From assembly GCA_030141605.1 (NCBI GenBank), contig JAQGDQ010000438.1, forward strand, positions 36,130 through 100,129: a stretch of 64,000 nucleotides of DNA. Direction: 5' to 3'. Source of the DNA: Tubiluchus corallicola. Its lineage: Eukaryota > Animalia > Priapulida. Position 1 is the stretch's first letter; each line of letters opens with the position of its first letter. Positions 52,901 to 64,000 of the stretch are shown piece by piece. Below the pieces are notes generated by a model. The model ran no database searches. It saw nothing but the letters and a program-made list of their open reading frames with translations, and had not been told where the DNA came from. Made by a program: the position numbers and the translations under genes.

Positions 52901-53314
52901 TGTAATGTGCACGCTCAAACCAAAGTTGCGTTCCCATATCTATGTTAGTTTATTCTGCAAAATACAAATTTTCTGTAGTCTTCAATTACTACATCTACAA
53001 ATCTACTGAAATAAGTGCAAGAAAATAAGTGCTACAGATTACTACGTTACACTAAAAAGCTAAAATGCATACATACATTGTTGGTCCAATATTGAGTCGA
53101 GAAAAAGCCAGAATGTCAGTAAAAGGTAGCAGTATAATTATAAGTCAAATTTTAAATGTAACAGAGGCGTGTGTACATAACAAGTTCCACCTATATATTG
53201 TCAGAGTGGAAAAAGTAGTCTAGCTTGTTGAACTACAGTCTAATATATTGTGGCTTCTAATGCATATACTACCTTGAGAAGGGGTAATGGACCAAAACAT
53301 TTGTACCTGCAACA
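52901..53314. mobile_element. Solo LTR, same family as 8936-9352
   Basis: Collinear high similarity, TGT...ACA ends; no TSD visible. Confidence 0.85.
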
Positions 53315-54337
53315 CCTATACTGAGAATGCCTTTCAAAAGGAACACATTGTGGCAATATTGGCCACAAAATCTGTTAAACAACAGAAGACAAATTCATCG
53401 TTTTATGATGTTAGCATTGAATTAAATGAATTGAAATTGATTGTGATATGAAATAACAATAGTAAGCACTGATAGAATTAAAATCAAAGCAATCATTTAC
53501 CACCTCTAACCGTTTGCTAAAATTGTCACTTTTGTTGCAGCCTTGTTTACAAGTTACGATGCCAGCGCTATCGGTGGCAACAAAAGTAACTATAAGATGA
53601 GTTGCAATTGCTTGTCCTAATCCTAAAAGACCAACTTGTCTCTAAATTCTTCTTTTATCTTATTAGTAAAGCTTTGTTCTGGTTTCTCTTCACCTGGTAA
53701 CCAGAGAAAGTGTGTTTATAACAGCTGACAAGATTTTAATAATAATTAAATAGACTAATTAACTGTAATTAACAATGTATCTCCTTGAAATTCATGTTAA
53801 ACAGTAAAACAATTAAAGCTGAACACGCAGGACACAGTTTTCTGTTTACTCACATACAGTATAACAATACATATATAATCTTATAGCAACTAACAAGGGA
53901 TGCAAGTGTGAAAATAAAACTTAATTATACCGTAGAGACTCCATGAAATAAACAAGGTATTATAGTTTACGTTCACATAATACAGGGTGTCTCAAAAGTC
54001 ACTATACACTTTCATTGCTAAATTTCTTTTTAAACTTTTTCCTCTCTCTGTAAGAATCAGAAGGGACCCTTGGTAATTCTTTTTTTAATTTCTTTTTCGA
54101 CTGGAACTCCGTTGCTATGGCGACGGCAGTAACGGTAAAAATCAGTCTGACGAAAACTCAACGAAAATTCAGAGCACAATATGCACCACGCTAGTCCCCG
54201 CTATTAACAATGCAGTTTTTTAACATAGTACAAGGTCCCTTCTTCATACGCTGAGAGAGACCTCAGTGCAAGATATCCGACTTACCATGCATTGGATTGG
54301 TGTTTGAACTCCCTGAGCCTACTAGGCAGTCGGAATA

Positions 54338-54922
54338 TAGGGGTGAGCATCGAACGTTCGAATCGAGTTTTTTTACTTCGAATTCGATTCGAACCCAAAA
54401 TTATATTTTCGAATAATTCAGCACTTCAACCACATATGTTCGCTATCATTAAAATGATTGAAATATCACTTGCAATTTAGCACAATTTAGCCGTGATTTC
54501 TGTGCACAATTTTTAAACAAATTATTTGTGGTTTTACTGTAGAACAAAATCGAGTAATATGCACGATCTTTGTAAAACCAGTTTTTACTGGTGGTTTGAA
54601 AATCTTTCAATCTCATTTCGAATTCGAAATACTGAAATTCGGTTGAATTCGAATTCGAAAGTCACAAATGTATATAGTCTATTATAATTTGCGTGTAATA
54701 TTATAATGTATATTTTTGTTTTAAATTTCTGTGCAAGGTAGTTTTTAGTTTGCACTGGACGCATTTGCCTTTAACAGTTGTGTGAATTTTATTCTCATGC
54801 TGCGATGTTCTTTTATGCTTTTATAGTTGTGAATATCGATTTTTTATGGCAAATAAAGATTATTCTCTATATAAATTCGATTTGATTCGAATTCGCTTTC
54901 TGGAAGAGAATGCTCACCCCTA
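54338..54922. mobile_element. hAT-like MITE carrying a LINE 3' UTR insertion
   Basis: 13-bp TIR TAGGGGTGAGCAT; many TTCGAA subterminal motifs; insert at about 54670-54870 matches 7310-7400; related inverted copy near 27620-27844. Confidence 0.65.
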
Positions 54923-55212
54923 CTTTTCAACTTTTCACGTAAACAGCTAAAAGATTTGCTCCAGGGTTTTAGAGCCTCTGTGCTAACTTTGCTTTCTTTG
55001 TTAAAAATGTAGAAATGAAAAGTAGATCATGAATTCTGAGACACAGTGTGTAATTCAAGTAAAAATATCGTAACATTTAACTTTACGAACAACGAAAGTT
55101 TAAACATACATATTCCATCCCAGTTCAATATCAGTATAAAATGTGTAAATATGAAGTTATGAACAACGGTTTTATAATTGTTTTAATAATTTTGAAAACG
55201 ATGCTTTAGTAC

Positions 55213-55629
55213 AGTAGGGAGGGCGGGGTAAGATGAGCACTTTTTTGGATTTTGCTGCAGATATTGTAGATAAAACAACTAACAATATTAGTTTTATATA
55301 AACTATTAATATAGTGTTATTATGAAATTGAACACGTAGCTAGAACAATTACTTCTTGCACACATTTCTACTAATGACCATCTGAAAAAGTCTTGTCAGA
55401 CTGATCATCTTACCCCAAGAGTGGGGGGTATGTTGAACATGTACTTGGGGTAAGTTGATCAAACATTATGTGAGACAAATTTCTGAGAGGAAAAAGTATA
55501 AAATAATGAAAGAATATGCAGTGGAGTGGTTGCCTATTGTTTCATGGACCATCCGAAAGGCCTTATGGCGCCACTAGTTTAGGATGATCAACCTGCCCCA
55601 CTGTTCAACTTACCCCGCAGTCCCCTACT
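55213..55629. mobile_element. pogo-like MITE
   Basis: Imperfect TIRs GTAGGG....GCGGGGTAAG.TGA.CA with internal repeats of the same motif. Confidence 0.7.
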
Positions 55630-56264
55630 ACTATCCTCTTTCTATAATTCATCAAGCCAAAACTACAAAGGCAATTATAGTGATTTGACGTAACATTACT
55701 TTAGCATATGTGTGCACTTAAAATTTCAATTGCTATGAAAATTTTATAACAATTGAGAAATTTTAATGAAACTTGCATATTTTAGTGCATGAAATACTAT
55801 AATAACCAGCCAGTACAATGTACCTGTATTTTCATGCAGTGCAGAAAGTGTAGAGTCCACATTACTGCTAATCTACTATTAGTTAAAACATATAAAAAAA
55901 ATCTCTACATCCGGCTGGACTACACAAAATGCTGTTTGATAGATTTTTGGAGAAAGAAAAAGAAATATTTTAATTTGTTAAATTGAATAGATTAATTTTG
56001 TATTAATTATTGTGTTACGAAAACAGTAAGTCACAATAATTCAGTTCACAATCCTCGCTTTTCAAATCAAAGGTTCTTCATGAGTTTATGGCACACCCAC
56101 CCACGTGTTTCTTAAAAGTTCTGTCATATATTACAGGAATCATCCTGGTCCTAGCACGCAGGAATTTCACGTCTTGTCTCACGTGGATCGAAATCAACGT
56201 AATCCGAGCAACGGATCGATGTTAGCTGGATCTTTTGCCACGACCTTTGACCCCGAATTGTTCT

Positions 56265-56378
56265 TCAGACTCCCGTCTGTTCTACTTTGTTGTAACCGGT
56301 GCCGTTACTTCCGCCATTGTCTGCTGAACGAAGTAAAAGTCTGGGAGAAGGTTGCCCAGATTGCCGAGTAGAGTTATG
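56265..56378 (-). CDS. Pdfr: PDF-receptor-like class B GPCR, probable last coding exon
   Basis: TTTTTCAG acceptor, phase 0; HNSTRQ...KVEQTGV* ending in a T-x-V motif. Confidence 0.55.
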   Translation of the reverse strand, partial: HNSTRQSGQPSPRLLLRSADNGGSNGTGYNKVEQTGV

Positions 56379-57009
56379 CTGAAAAAGCGTAGCATCCGTA
56401 AAAAAGAATAAGAAAACATTTCATCAATTGAATAGGTTTCCTTTCTACGATTACACCGCCTAGGAAGTGTAAACGGCCGTGCTACCAGATGGTAGAGGCA
56501 AGCAGACAGTAAGGCAGACAATTAGTCAGGTAGGCATATCAGCAAACAGTAGACAAATAATCAAACTTATATACAAGAACTTCAAACAGATTGAAATGCC
56601 TTAAACAAAGAACAGAAAACTATCAGCTATATACAGCGTTTCTATTTTCTTGCTCAAGTAACACGTTTGGATTGTTTTTACGTTTTTATGTTTTGCTTTA
56701 AAGCCTTTTGAAACTTAAGGCTTTCAAGAAAATCCTTTATTTACATAAAAAAATTCGTCTTTGAACTTGATACCACCTACGTTCTGCCTTACTGCTCACA
56801 AAACTTGAAAAATTTTAACTCCCATTTTAACTACAACGCCATTTTCACGTAATGATGTATGTGTGTTTCTGTGTTTACATGTATTTGTATGTATGTATGT
56901 ATGTATACATATTTGAGCTTGTTTAGTTTGTTTATATTTACATCACTTTCTTCTTCTGCACTATTGATTGTACATACACTTGCAAGGTGAGCATTCATGT
57001 ATCTGTTTT

Positions 57010-57379
57010 TGTTGTGGAGATCGCTGGCATCTATTAGAATTAAACAGAACATTGTAGAATGTTCCATTAGAATAATCGTCTTACCTTGTAGAATGTTCTA
57101 GAAAGAAACGTCTAGAATGTTCCCTGGCACCCTATATAAGGCGAAGCAGGCCGCTGACAGACACGCGCTGATTCGCACGGACGTACACTTACACATTCTC
57201 TTGTATATCTGTATTTTCAGATACACTCAAACGTTTTCCAGATTTTCACGTTTAGTGTAATCATTTCGCGTTCCTTCATACTTTTGTGTTGTAGAATTCT
57301 CGCTTAATAAACTAGTTTAATTTGACGAAGTGTTTTCTGGTTTTCTCTACGAGCCTTCCGAGAGAAACAAAACATAACA
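57010..57379 (+). mobile_element. Solo LTR, 370 bp
   Basis: TGTT...AACA termini, 5-bp TSD GTTTT, internal TATATAA (57134) and AATAAA (57306). Confidence 0.85.
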
Positions 57380-57490
57380 GTTTTTAAAACTGTCTAATCT
57401 AAATCAAGTAAACTGAGTTTAAACTAACTAACTGTCACGGAGGGCGATTAGCAGTATTACTAAAATGCATTAAAGAAAAACTGATCTTAC

Positions 57491-57613
57491 AGTATCGTTA
57501 GTATCAGCTGCTGAGTAAAACGTGGTCAGTGTCCGGCTTGCTCGTCTGGAATATCCACTAAAAGAATTTCCCATGCGAAAACGCATCCAGTGGTCATTTA
57601 ATGTTTGACGAAC
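57491..57613 (-). CDS. Pdfr: PDF-receptor-like GPCR exon (helix 8 and C-tail)
   Basis: CCCCAG acceptor; VRQTLNDHWMRFRMG... continues NGE/VR; GTAAGA donor. Confidence 0.8.
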
Positions 57614-57791
57614 CTGGGGGAAACAAAGCAAAATGGTGATTACTAAAATCTAAACTAATCAGTAATTAATGTTCCAGCTAATTCAGGACTCTGTTGCTCG
57701 TCTCATGTGAGCAATTATGAAACTAGAAATTATGACCACATTAAAGTTACGAATTCAATTTAGAATTCTTTGTATCACCTACAAAATACTA

Positions 57792-58168
57792 CCGTATTTA
57801 TTCGAGTATAACGCGCACCCCTAATTTTCGATTAAAAATCTGTATAAAATTTTGTTTGACTTTCTCGGCTCAGACCAAGCGTTGAACACGTGCGGCCATG
57901 ATAAAAATCATTTATTGACAACGTAAAGTAAACAATGGTAACTGTGCAAATCATGCAATGCTTAACTCACGTTGCAGTGTGGGCGAGGCACCGTCTAGAA
58001 AAACCGTCTAGACGTTGCACCAACTGACAAAATCTGCTAATGAGTTATTGCACAAATAATGTATTGATACATCTAAGCGTGTCTCCCAGCCCTCGTTTAC
58101 AACGCGCACCCAAACTTTGAGTTCTTTTTAGGTAGAAAATTTTGCGCGTTATACTCGAATAAATACGG
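57792..58168. mobile_element. pogo/Tigger-type MITE inserted in an L2 fragment
   Basis: Perfect 26-bp TIR CCGTATTTATTCGAGTATAACGCGCA with TA TSD; flanks rejoin as RIQFRILCITYKIL/YGLAPAYLSDLL (L2 ORF2). Confidence 0.9.
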
Positions 58169-58805
58169 TATATGGTTTGGCACCTGCATATCTCTCAGAT
58201 CTGTTGATACGTCATAACACAGATCGAACACTTCGTTCTAATGCTAATGAACAAATTAATTTACATTCGCCAATTGAAAATAAAATATTTTAGGCTGAAA
58301 AAAGACGACGATGTCACGTGTTCATTCTTTCCACAGGAAACCACTGCTCAACCAATCGCAGGTAATGTTATGGGCTTCCTAGTGGAGGTCATAACATTAC
58401 CTGTAGACTGATTGGTCTGGTGCCTACGAATAGAACTGTACAAATGCACTTTCACCTGTTCAGCTCAATATTACGAAATTTAAATGTATTTTACTTTTTT
58501 AATGATGTAGTGCGCTGTATAAATAAATTTTACATTACATTGTATTTTACATTATGCAGTACTAGTACTCATTTATAATCCTAATTTTAGGCTTATTCGC
58601 TAATAATGGAATACACAATTATTGATTTTTTGATACTAAACTTGGAGCAAAAGGAAGAAAACGAGAAACTACCGTGCTTGAATCTCGATTTGAAAAATTG
58701 ATCTGATTAGTTAGCAATTGCTCTAGCGTGAATAAACTAAGTTTAGAAAACGCTAAACTGGCTGATGAGGGCTAGAATTCTATTAAATTCCGTTATGATC
58801 AGAAG

Positions 58806-58875
58806 TGGCTGCGGCTTAGTGGTAATGACAGTGGATTCGTAATCTAGAGCTCACTGGTTCAAATCCATGTTCAGT
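58806..58875 (+). mobile_element. Degenerate tRNA-like sequence (SINE head or pseudo-tRNA)
   Basis: GGCTTAGTGGTAA and GGTTCAAATCC boxes, but stems pair poorly. Confidence 0.45.
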
Positions 58876-59609
58876 TTTGGCATTTTTGATATTGGAGAGA
58901 AGATATAGCTGAGAAAAAATTAAAGATTACTAATGTTTCTTAAATTAAACTGATAACATTAATGCCCACCAGTGTCTAAAAATCTTTTTATCTATATTCG
59001 GTAAAGGATAGCAGACTAGGTGACTTTATAGTCTTTTCGCTATCCTTTCTCTAGTTCTAGATCTATCTATACATTTTAACCATTTTTCAAAACTTATTAG
59101 AGATTCTTTTATTAATCATGTTTTATTGTAATACTAACTTTAATATTAATTAAAAATAATAATATATTTTAAAATATATAAATAAGAGATAAATAAATTT
59201 AAATTGAAATTGAATTGAATGGTGATACGTATGTGTATCGCGACCTGATCTGTGTTTGGGCCTGAGTTCACTGCTTGTTCTTGGGAGTTTATTTTACCAT
59301 AATTATTCTAGCTGTCTGTCTCGAAGAGGGAACAGTATTCATACTTGAACCCGGAAGCCACAAACATCAGCACTAAGCAGAGCCTGCCGTTGAATGCTGT
59401 TGCTAACAGATTTTAAAAAAAGTTCTATGCCATACTCTATGCCATACTCTATGCAAAACTCTTTCAAAGGTCAAATTTAACGTAAAAATAAGTTTTCTTT
59501 AATAAAAAAGCTAACCGGAACTAAAAATTGGCGCCGCTTTTATTAAATTTCATGACTTCCTTCCTAATGAAATCGGCCTCGATGTTGCATTTTCCCTCCA
59601 AACATTTTC

Positions 59610-60098
59610 ATCATCATCATCATCATCAATGAATCACACGTCCAGGGACATAATTCTGCTCACCTCCCTATGCCAGACCATCATCACCATCATCATCATC
59701 ACCATCATCATCATCATCGTCATCATCGTCATCACCATCATCATCATCACCATCATCAATGAATCACACGTCCAGGGACATGATTCTGCTCACCTCCCTA
59801 TGCCAGGACTCCCTACACGCTGCAATGCCCCAAGTGCATTTATTTCTAAGGATCAATGCTGAAGTGTTTAAATCTTTCTGTGCAAAATCTAAATATGTTA
59901 ACATTTGTCCTCCTGCAGGTTTTTTAGCCGATTCTATAGCTTGTTGAAGAGCTATCTTTACTGGAATATCATCAGGTAGTCTAAGCATATGCTCAATCCA
60001 TCTTAAACGGCGTCTTTTTATTTTTCTTGTCCAAGGTTCTTCTATTTTTTCATATAGGTCTTTGTTTGAAATTTTCTTTGGCCATCTAATACCCAAAA
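59610..60098 (-). mobile_element. 5'-truncated RTE LINE with duplicated 3' end and (GAT)n tail
   Basis: ORF 59764-60096 GIRWPKKISNKDLY...RRRLRWIEHMLR; terminal 50 bp repeated at 59625-59675. Confidence 0.85.
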
Positions 60099-60660
60099 TG
60101 TTTCGGTAATTTCGTTCGGTTTTGTTCGTGAAACGTCGGAAAATCGTAGGCTAAACAAATGTGCTAGCAACAGCTTCCTTGGATACCATGTCGTCTCTGT
60201 GACGCTGAATTTGTAAACAATGCTACACAGCGAACTGTGACAGACGATAACCAAACGCAAACGCTACTGTGACAAGTGACTAAAGAGTTCCTGGCGTCAT
60301 CTAGCGAGCAAAACGCGCGAAATTAAATTCAACTGGGACTTTCTGTGGAAATGAAACCTTCACACCCGATTTCCTAAATATTGTATTAAATTGTAATTGA
60401 GTATTAAATTGTATATGTTGAGAGGAGGGGTTATAATTATTGTATGTCTTCTAAGAATTGTATGTTATGTATTCTATGAACCTAGTTCGAAATAAAGAGT
60501 TAAATCAAATCAAATTAAATCAAAATCCTCTTATATAAGTCATCAAAAAACACTTAAAACTATAAGAAAATCTTAGTTATAGCATTCTCTCTCTGTTTTT
60601 GTGTAAAACTGAAACTTTGTAAACTGTGTTAACTTAACTTAACACAGCACAAACACTTAC

Positions 60661-60803
60661 TTCTCCATTTAGGAAACAATAGATAAGCGAGACGAAAAAA
60701 CCTTGGAAGGAAACTAAAAAATGAGATCCGAACGCCCACAAAGCGAATACTAATACATGAGAATCCAAAGGTGCCGGTACCATCCCAAGTGCGTTTGTAA
60801 TTC
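60661..60803 (-). CDS. Pdfr: PDF-receptor-like class B GPCR exon (TM6-ECL3-TM7)
   Basis: GITNALGMV...FALWAFGSHFLVSFQGFFVSLIYCFLNGE; class B signature, with GITN and W..G.HFL.SFQGFF as recalled from PDF receptors; AG/GTAAGT boundaries. Confidence 0.9.
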
Positions 60804-60997
60804 CTACACGCAATAAGAAAACACGATTTTATTAAAGCATTTACAAGAATTTGAACCACAAGTTCAACAGAATAAAAATTCAGCGAGTGAAGACATTTAA
60901 TAAAATGAAATAAAAGAAGTCAGTGGATGGTTGCTTGTCCTTCTGTCTGTCCACTTGTCAGCATGAGAACATTGAAAACACACGTTGTAATACATAC

Positions 60998-61038
60998 CTA
61001 ATAGTGGAACTAGGACAATCGCAGCTAGTGCACCTTTT
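60998..61038 (-). CDS. Pdfr: PDF-receptor-like GPCR 41-nt exon (TM6)
   Basis: TTACAG acceptor; (R)KGALAAIVLVPLL(G); GTATGT donor; phases fit both neighbours. Confidence 0.88.
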
Positions 61039-61310
61039 CTGTAACAAAAAATCATGTTATTTTCCTGTTAAAATGCTTTTCTAACAGCTTAGATATCAAT
61101 AAATATTTAACATAGTTTACTTTTCAAACAGCAGTTAGTAAGTTGTTAGCTGCAGAAGTGCTTCAGTGACATGGAAATACAAATTATATATTTATATATA
61201 TGAAATACATATTTTAAACATATTCAGTAACATTGACTAGGTGAATTTTTGTCGTAATATATAATGTGTGACATTTTTCGATATTTTTAAGTAAAAATAA
61301 CAAAATAATT

Positions 61311-61590
61311 TAGAGATCATTTTCACATCATTGGCAAAGCTTCAAAAAACTAGTAGAGATCATTTACACATCATTGGCAAGGCTTCAAAAAACTAGTATA
61401 GATCATTTTCACATCATTGGCGGCAAGACTTCAAAAACTAGTAGAGATCATTTTCACATCATTGGCAAGGCTTCAAAAACTAGTAGAGATCATTTTCACA
61501 TCATTGGCAAGGCTTCAAAAAACTAGGAGAGATCATTTTCACATCATTGGCAAGGCTTCAAAAAACTAGTAGAGATCATTTTCACATCAA
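61311..61590. repeat. 43-bp tandem repeat, about 6.5 copies
   Basis: Unit TAGAGATCATTTTCACATCATTGGCAAGGCTTCAAAAAACTAG. Confidence 0.93.
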
Positions 61591-63236
61591 ATGCTTTATT
61601 ATCAATGTGAAATCGCTTTTATTAATAAAACCGCGTGGTGGTATGGTGCCCAGCACTTACTGAGCTCTTAATATATCATTAAACAATATTTTAATAATTG
61701 ATCCTCAATGCATTATCATAAGCTGCTGTAACAACTCATTAGTTTATTATTGACTTATTGTTGTCATACGTGGTATCATAAGTTGTTATCTACCAACAGT
61801 GCTTAATAAATGATAAAACACAAAAGTTTGACTCTCAAGTTCCTCCTGACCTCTCCAAAAACCTGTATTTGTATTTGTTTTTTGCCTTCCTTATTCCTTT
61901 CATAACATAATCCTTGAAAAATATTATAATTATACGTATAAAAAATTTCTCTCCATTAATACAAACTATTTTATGATTATAATTACACTCATACAAAAAT
62001 GAGAATATAATCACCTCTCAAAAAACTAAAACTATAATATGCAAACCTACTCCCATGACCTTCTTTCTCCAAACTGTTTTTTAGCGCTATCCTGTTCTTA
62101 CTGACCTACCTTACTTTCCCTTTTTCACATTTATTACATAATTCTTTTCTCTCTAGTACAAACTACGTATACTAACAAATGCCAGGTGCCACTAGCTGAT
62201 ATCCGCTGTTTAGCGATATGCTTCAGTACAACCTAAAGACATGTGTTCGCATCTAGCATAACCTTTTTGGTTATCGCATTTCCAGGACCAATTTTTACAT
62301 TGGTTTTCATAAACAAAACACAAAAGTCATTTAGCGGCCGTGCTCAGGGCTGGAGTAAACGTTTCACGGGTCTAACGTTATCAATAAACGAAGGTTCCAA
62401 GTCTCACACGGTAAAAGAGATCCACATCTTCATCTACACCGGGTTCTCCTGTTTCTAAAGAGTTATAAATGTCTTTCCTATTAAGTGCCAGAAGAAAGTT
62501 TTTCTACCACGGCGGGCGAAAAATCTCCAAAAATTGTCATGTTTTGCTCATTCGAGGAACTTCATGTAGAAAAAAAAAACGTTTTAGCAGCTTCCTACGG
62601 AAAAAATTTATAGCTCTTTGAAAATAGCAGAGACCGGGTTACAAAACAATGTGGGTCTCTTTTACAAATGTCTTTACCAGCACGAAAGATTACAAGTTAA
62701 TTTTGGGAACATTTTTTTGGACGCCCCTGTATGCAATCATTGTGTTGAACTTGTGAGTTTAATATACTTGTCTCTACCAAGTTCAATTTTAATAAATTTG
62801 TTATCCTGTTTACTAAGTAACATTATCTCGCTTTAATGAACTAGTAAAAGGTCATTGGTTTCAGGACATGAAAATTAAGGGCCTAAGGCTACAGCCTCAT
62901 TTGCCTAACGGTTAATCCGTCCTCTGACCACACTCATTTGCAAGTGAAAATCATTTACGTTCGTACCTAAATTCGCGATTTTAATTATTTATTGCCTATA
63001 ACGTAAACGTCAACAGTTTATTGAAAACAATGTCGTAATAGATGTAATACACGAGAACCACATTCGACAATCATTCATCAAATGAACCAAAATGTGCTCG
63101 TTTATAAACACCGCTCATTATTTTGCTTAGTTGTAAAACCTAATAACGTTGTGCTCATTAATAAACGCTGGTCCTACGCAACTTTGAAAGTCAAAACGTA
63201 AATTATTATGACGTGAAATAATAGTTAATGAATTAC

Positions 63237-63322
63237 CTCACTTGTTCTGCCTCGCTGGAGTGTGTTGCTCTCATCTTTGTGATGAGGACACGGATAATGT
63301 TTAGAAGAAAACCGATGTTCAA
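63237..63322 (-). CDS. Pdfr: PDF-receptor-like GPCR exon (TM5-ICL3); upstream exons lie beyond the window
   Basis: TTTCAG acceptor; LNIGFLLNIIRVLITKMRATHSSEAEQV(R); GTAATT donor. Confidence 0.9.
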
Positions 63323-64000
63323 CTGAAACATGGAAGAAGATTATGATACAATGTAAACCAATGTTCAACTAAAACATGGAAGAAGATTATGATACAATGT
63401 AAACCGATGTTCAACTAAAACATGGAAGAAGATTATGATACAATGTAAACCGATGTTCAACTAAAACATGGAAGAAGATTATGATACAATGTAAACCGAT
63501 GTTCAACTAAAACATGGAAGAAGATTATGATACAATGTAAACCGATGTTCAACTAAAACATGGAAGAAGATTATGATACAATGTAAACCGATGTTCAACT
63601 AAAACATGGAAGAAGATTATGATACAATGTAAACCGATGTTCAACTAAAACATGGAAGAAGATTATGATACAATGTAAACCGATGTTCAACTAAAACATG
63701 GAAGAAGATTATGATACAATGTAAACCGATGTTCAACTAAAACATGGAAGAAGATTATGATACAATGTAAACCGATGTTCAACTAAAACATGGAAGAAGA
63801 TTATGATACAATGTAAACCGATGTTCAACTAAAACATGGAAGAAGATTATGATACAATGTAAACCGATGTTCAACTAAAACATGGAAGAAGATTATGATA
63901 CAATGTAAACCGATGTTCAACTAAAACATGGAAGAAGATTATGATACAATGTAAATCGATGTTCAACTAAAACATGGAAACAGATTATGATACAATGTTA
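63309..64000. repeat. 46-bp satellite, at least 15 copies, runs off the window
   Basis: Unit AAACCGATGTTCAACTAAAACATGGAAGAAGATTATGATACAATGT. Confidence 0.97.

Noticed and set aside
60629-60859. ORF-track 76-aa minus ORF, and 56282-56521
   Set aside because: Wrong frames overlapping the PDF-receptor-like exons

Overview
AT-rich, repeat-dense animal genomic DNA. It is probably a lophotrochozoan invertebrate, judged from the 5S rRNA-like sequence, the perlucin-type lectin and the TE families; this is inference. Left third: a deleted pogo-type transposon, an intronless secreted C-type lectin, and a three-copy tandem duplication (about 7.4-24.6 kb). Each copy carries a minus-strand gene for a ~250-aa secreted protein made of four Cys-rich modules (C-x11-CxxC-xn-CC-x8-C) whose spacing resembles the CHH/ITP neuropeptide fold. 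Two copies are intact; one is broken by a solo LTR and a nonsense codon. Each unit also holds a 54-bp minisatellite of very variable length. Middle: solo LTRs, LINE fragments and a 5S-rRNA-headed SINE with a target-site duplication. Right half: a 4-exon, 574-aa atypical class A GPCR (+) with Lys at the opsin-equivalent 7.43 position, convergent with the last five coding exons of a PDF-receptor-like class B GPCR (-). One splice acceptor of that receptor has been amplified into a 46-bp satellite. All calls are by eye from the sequence; no searches were run.
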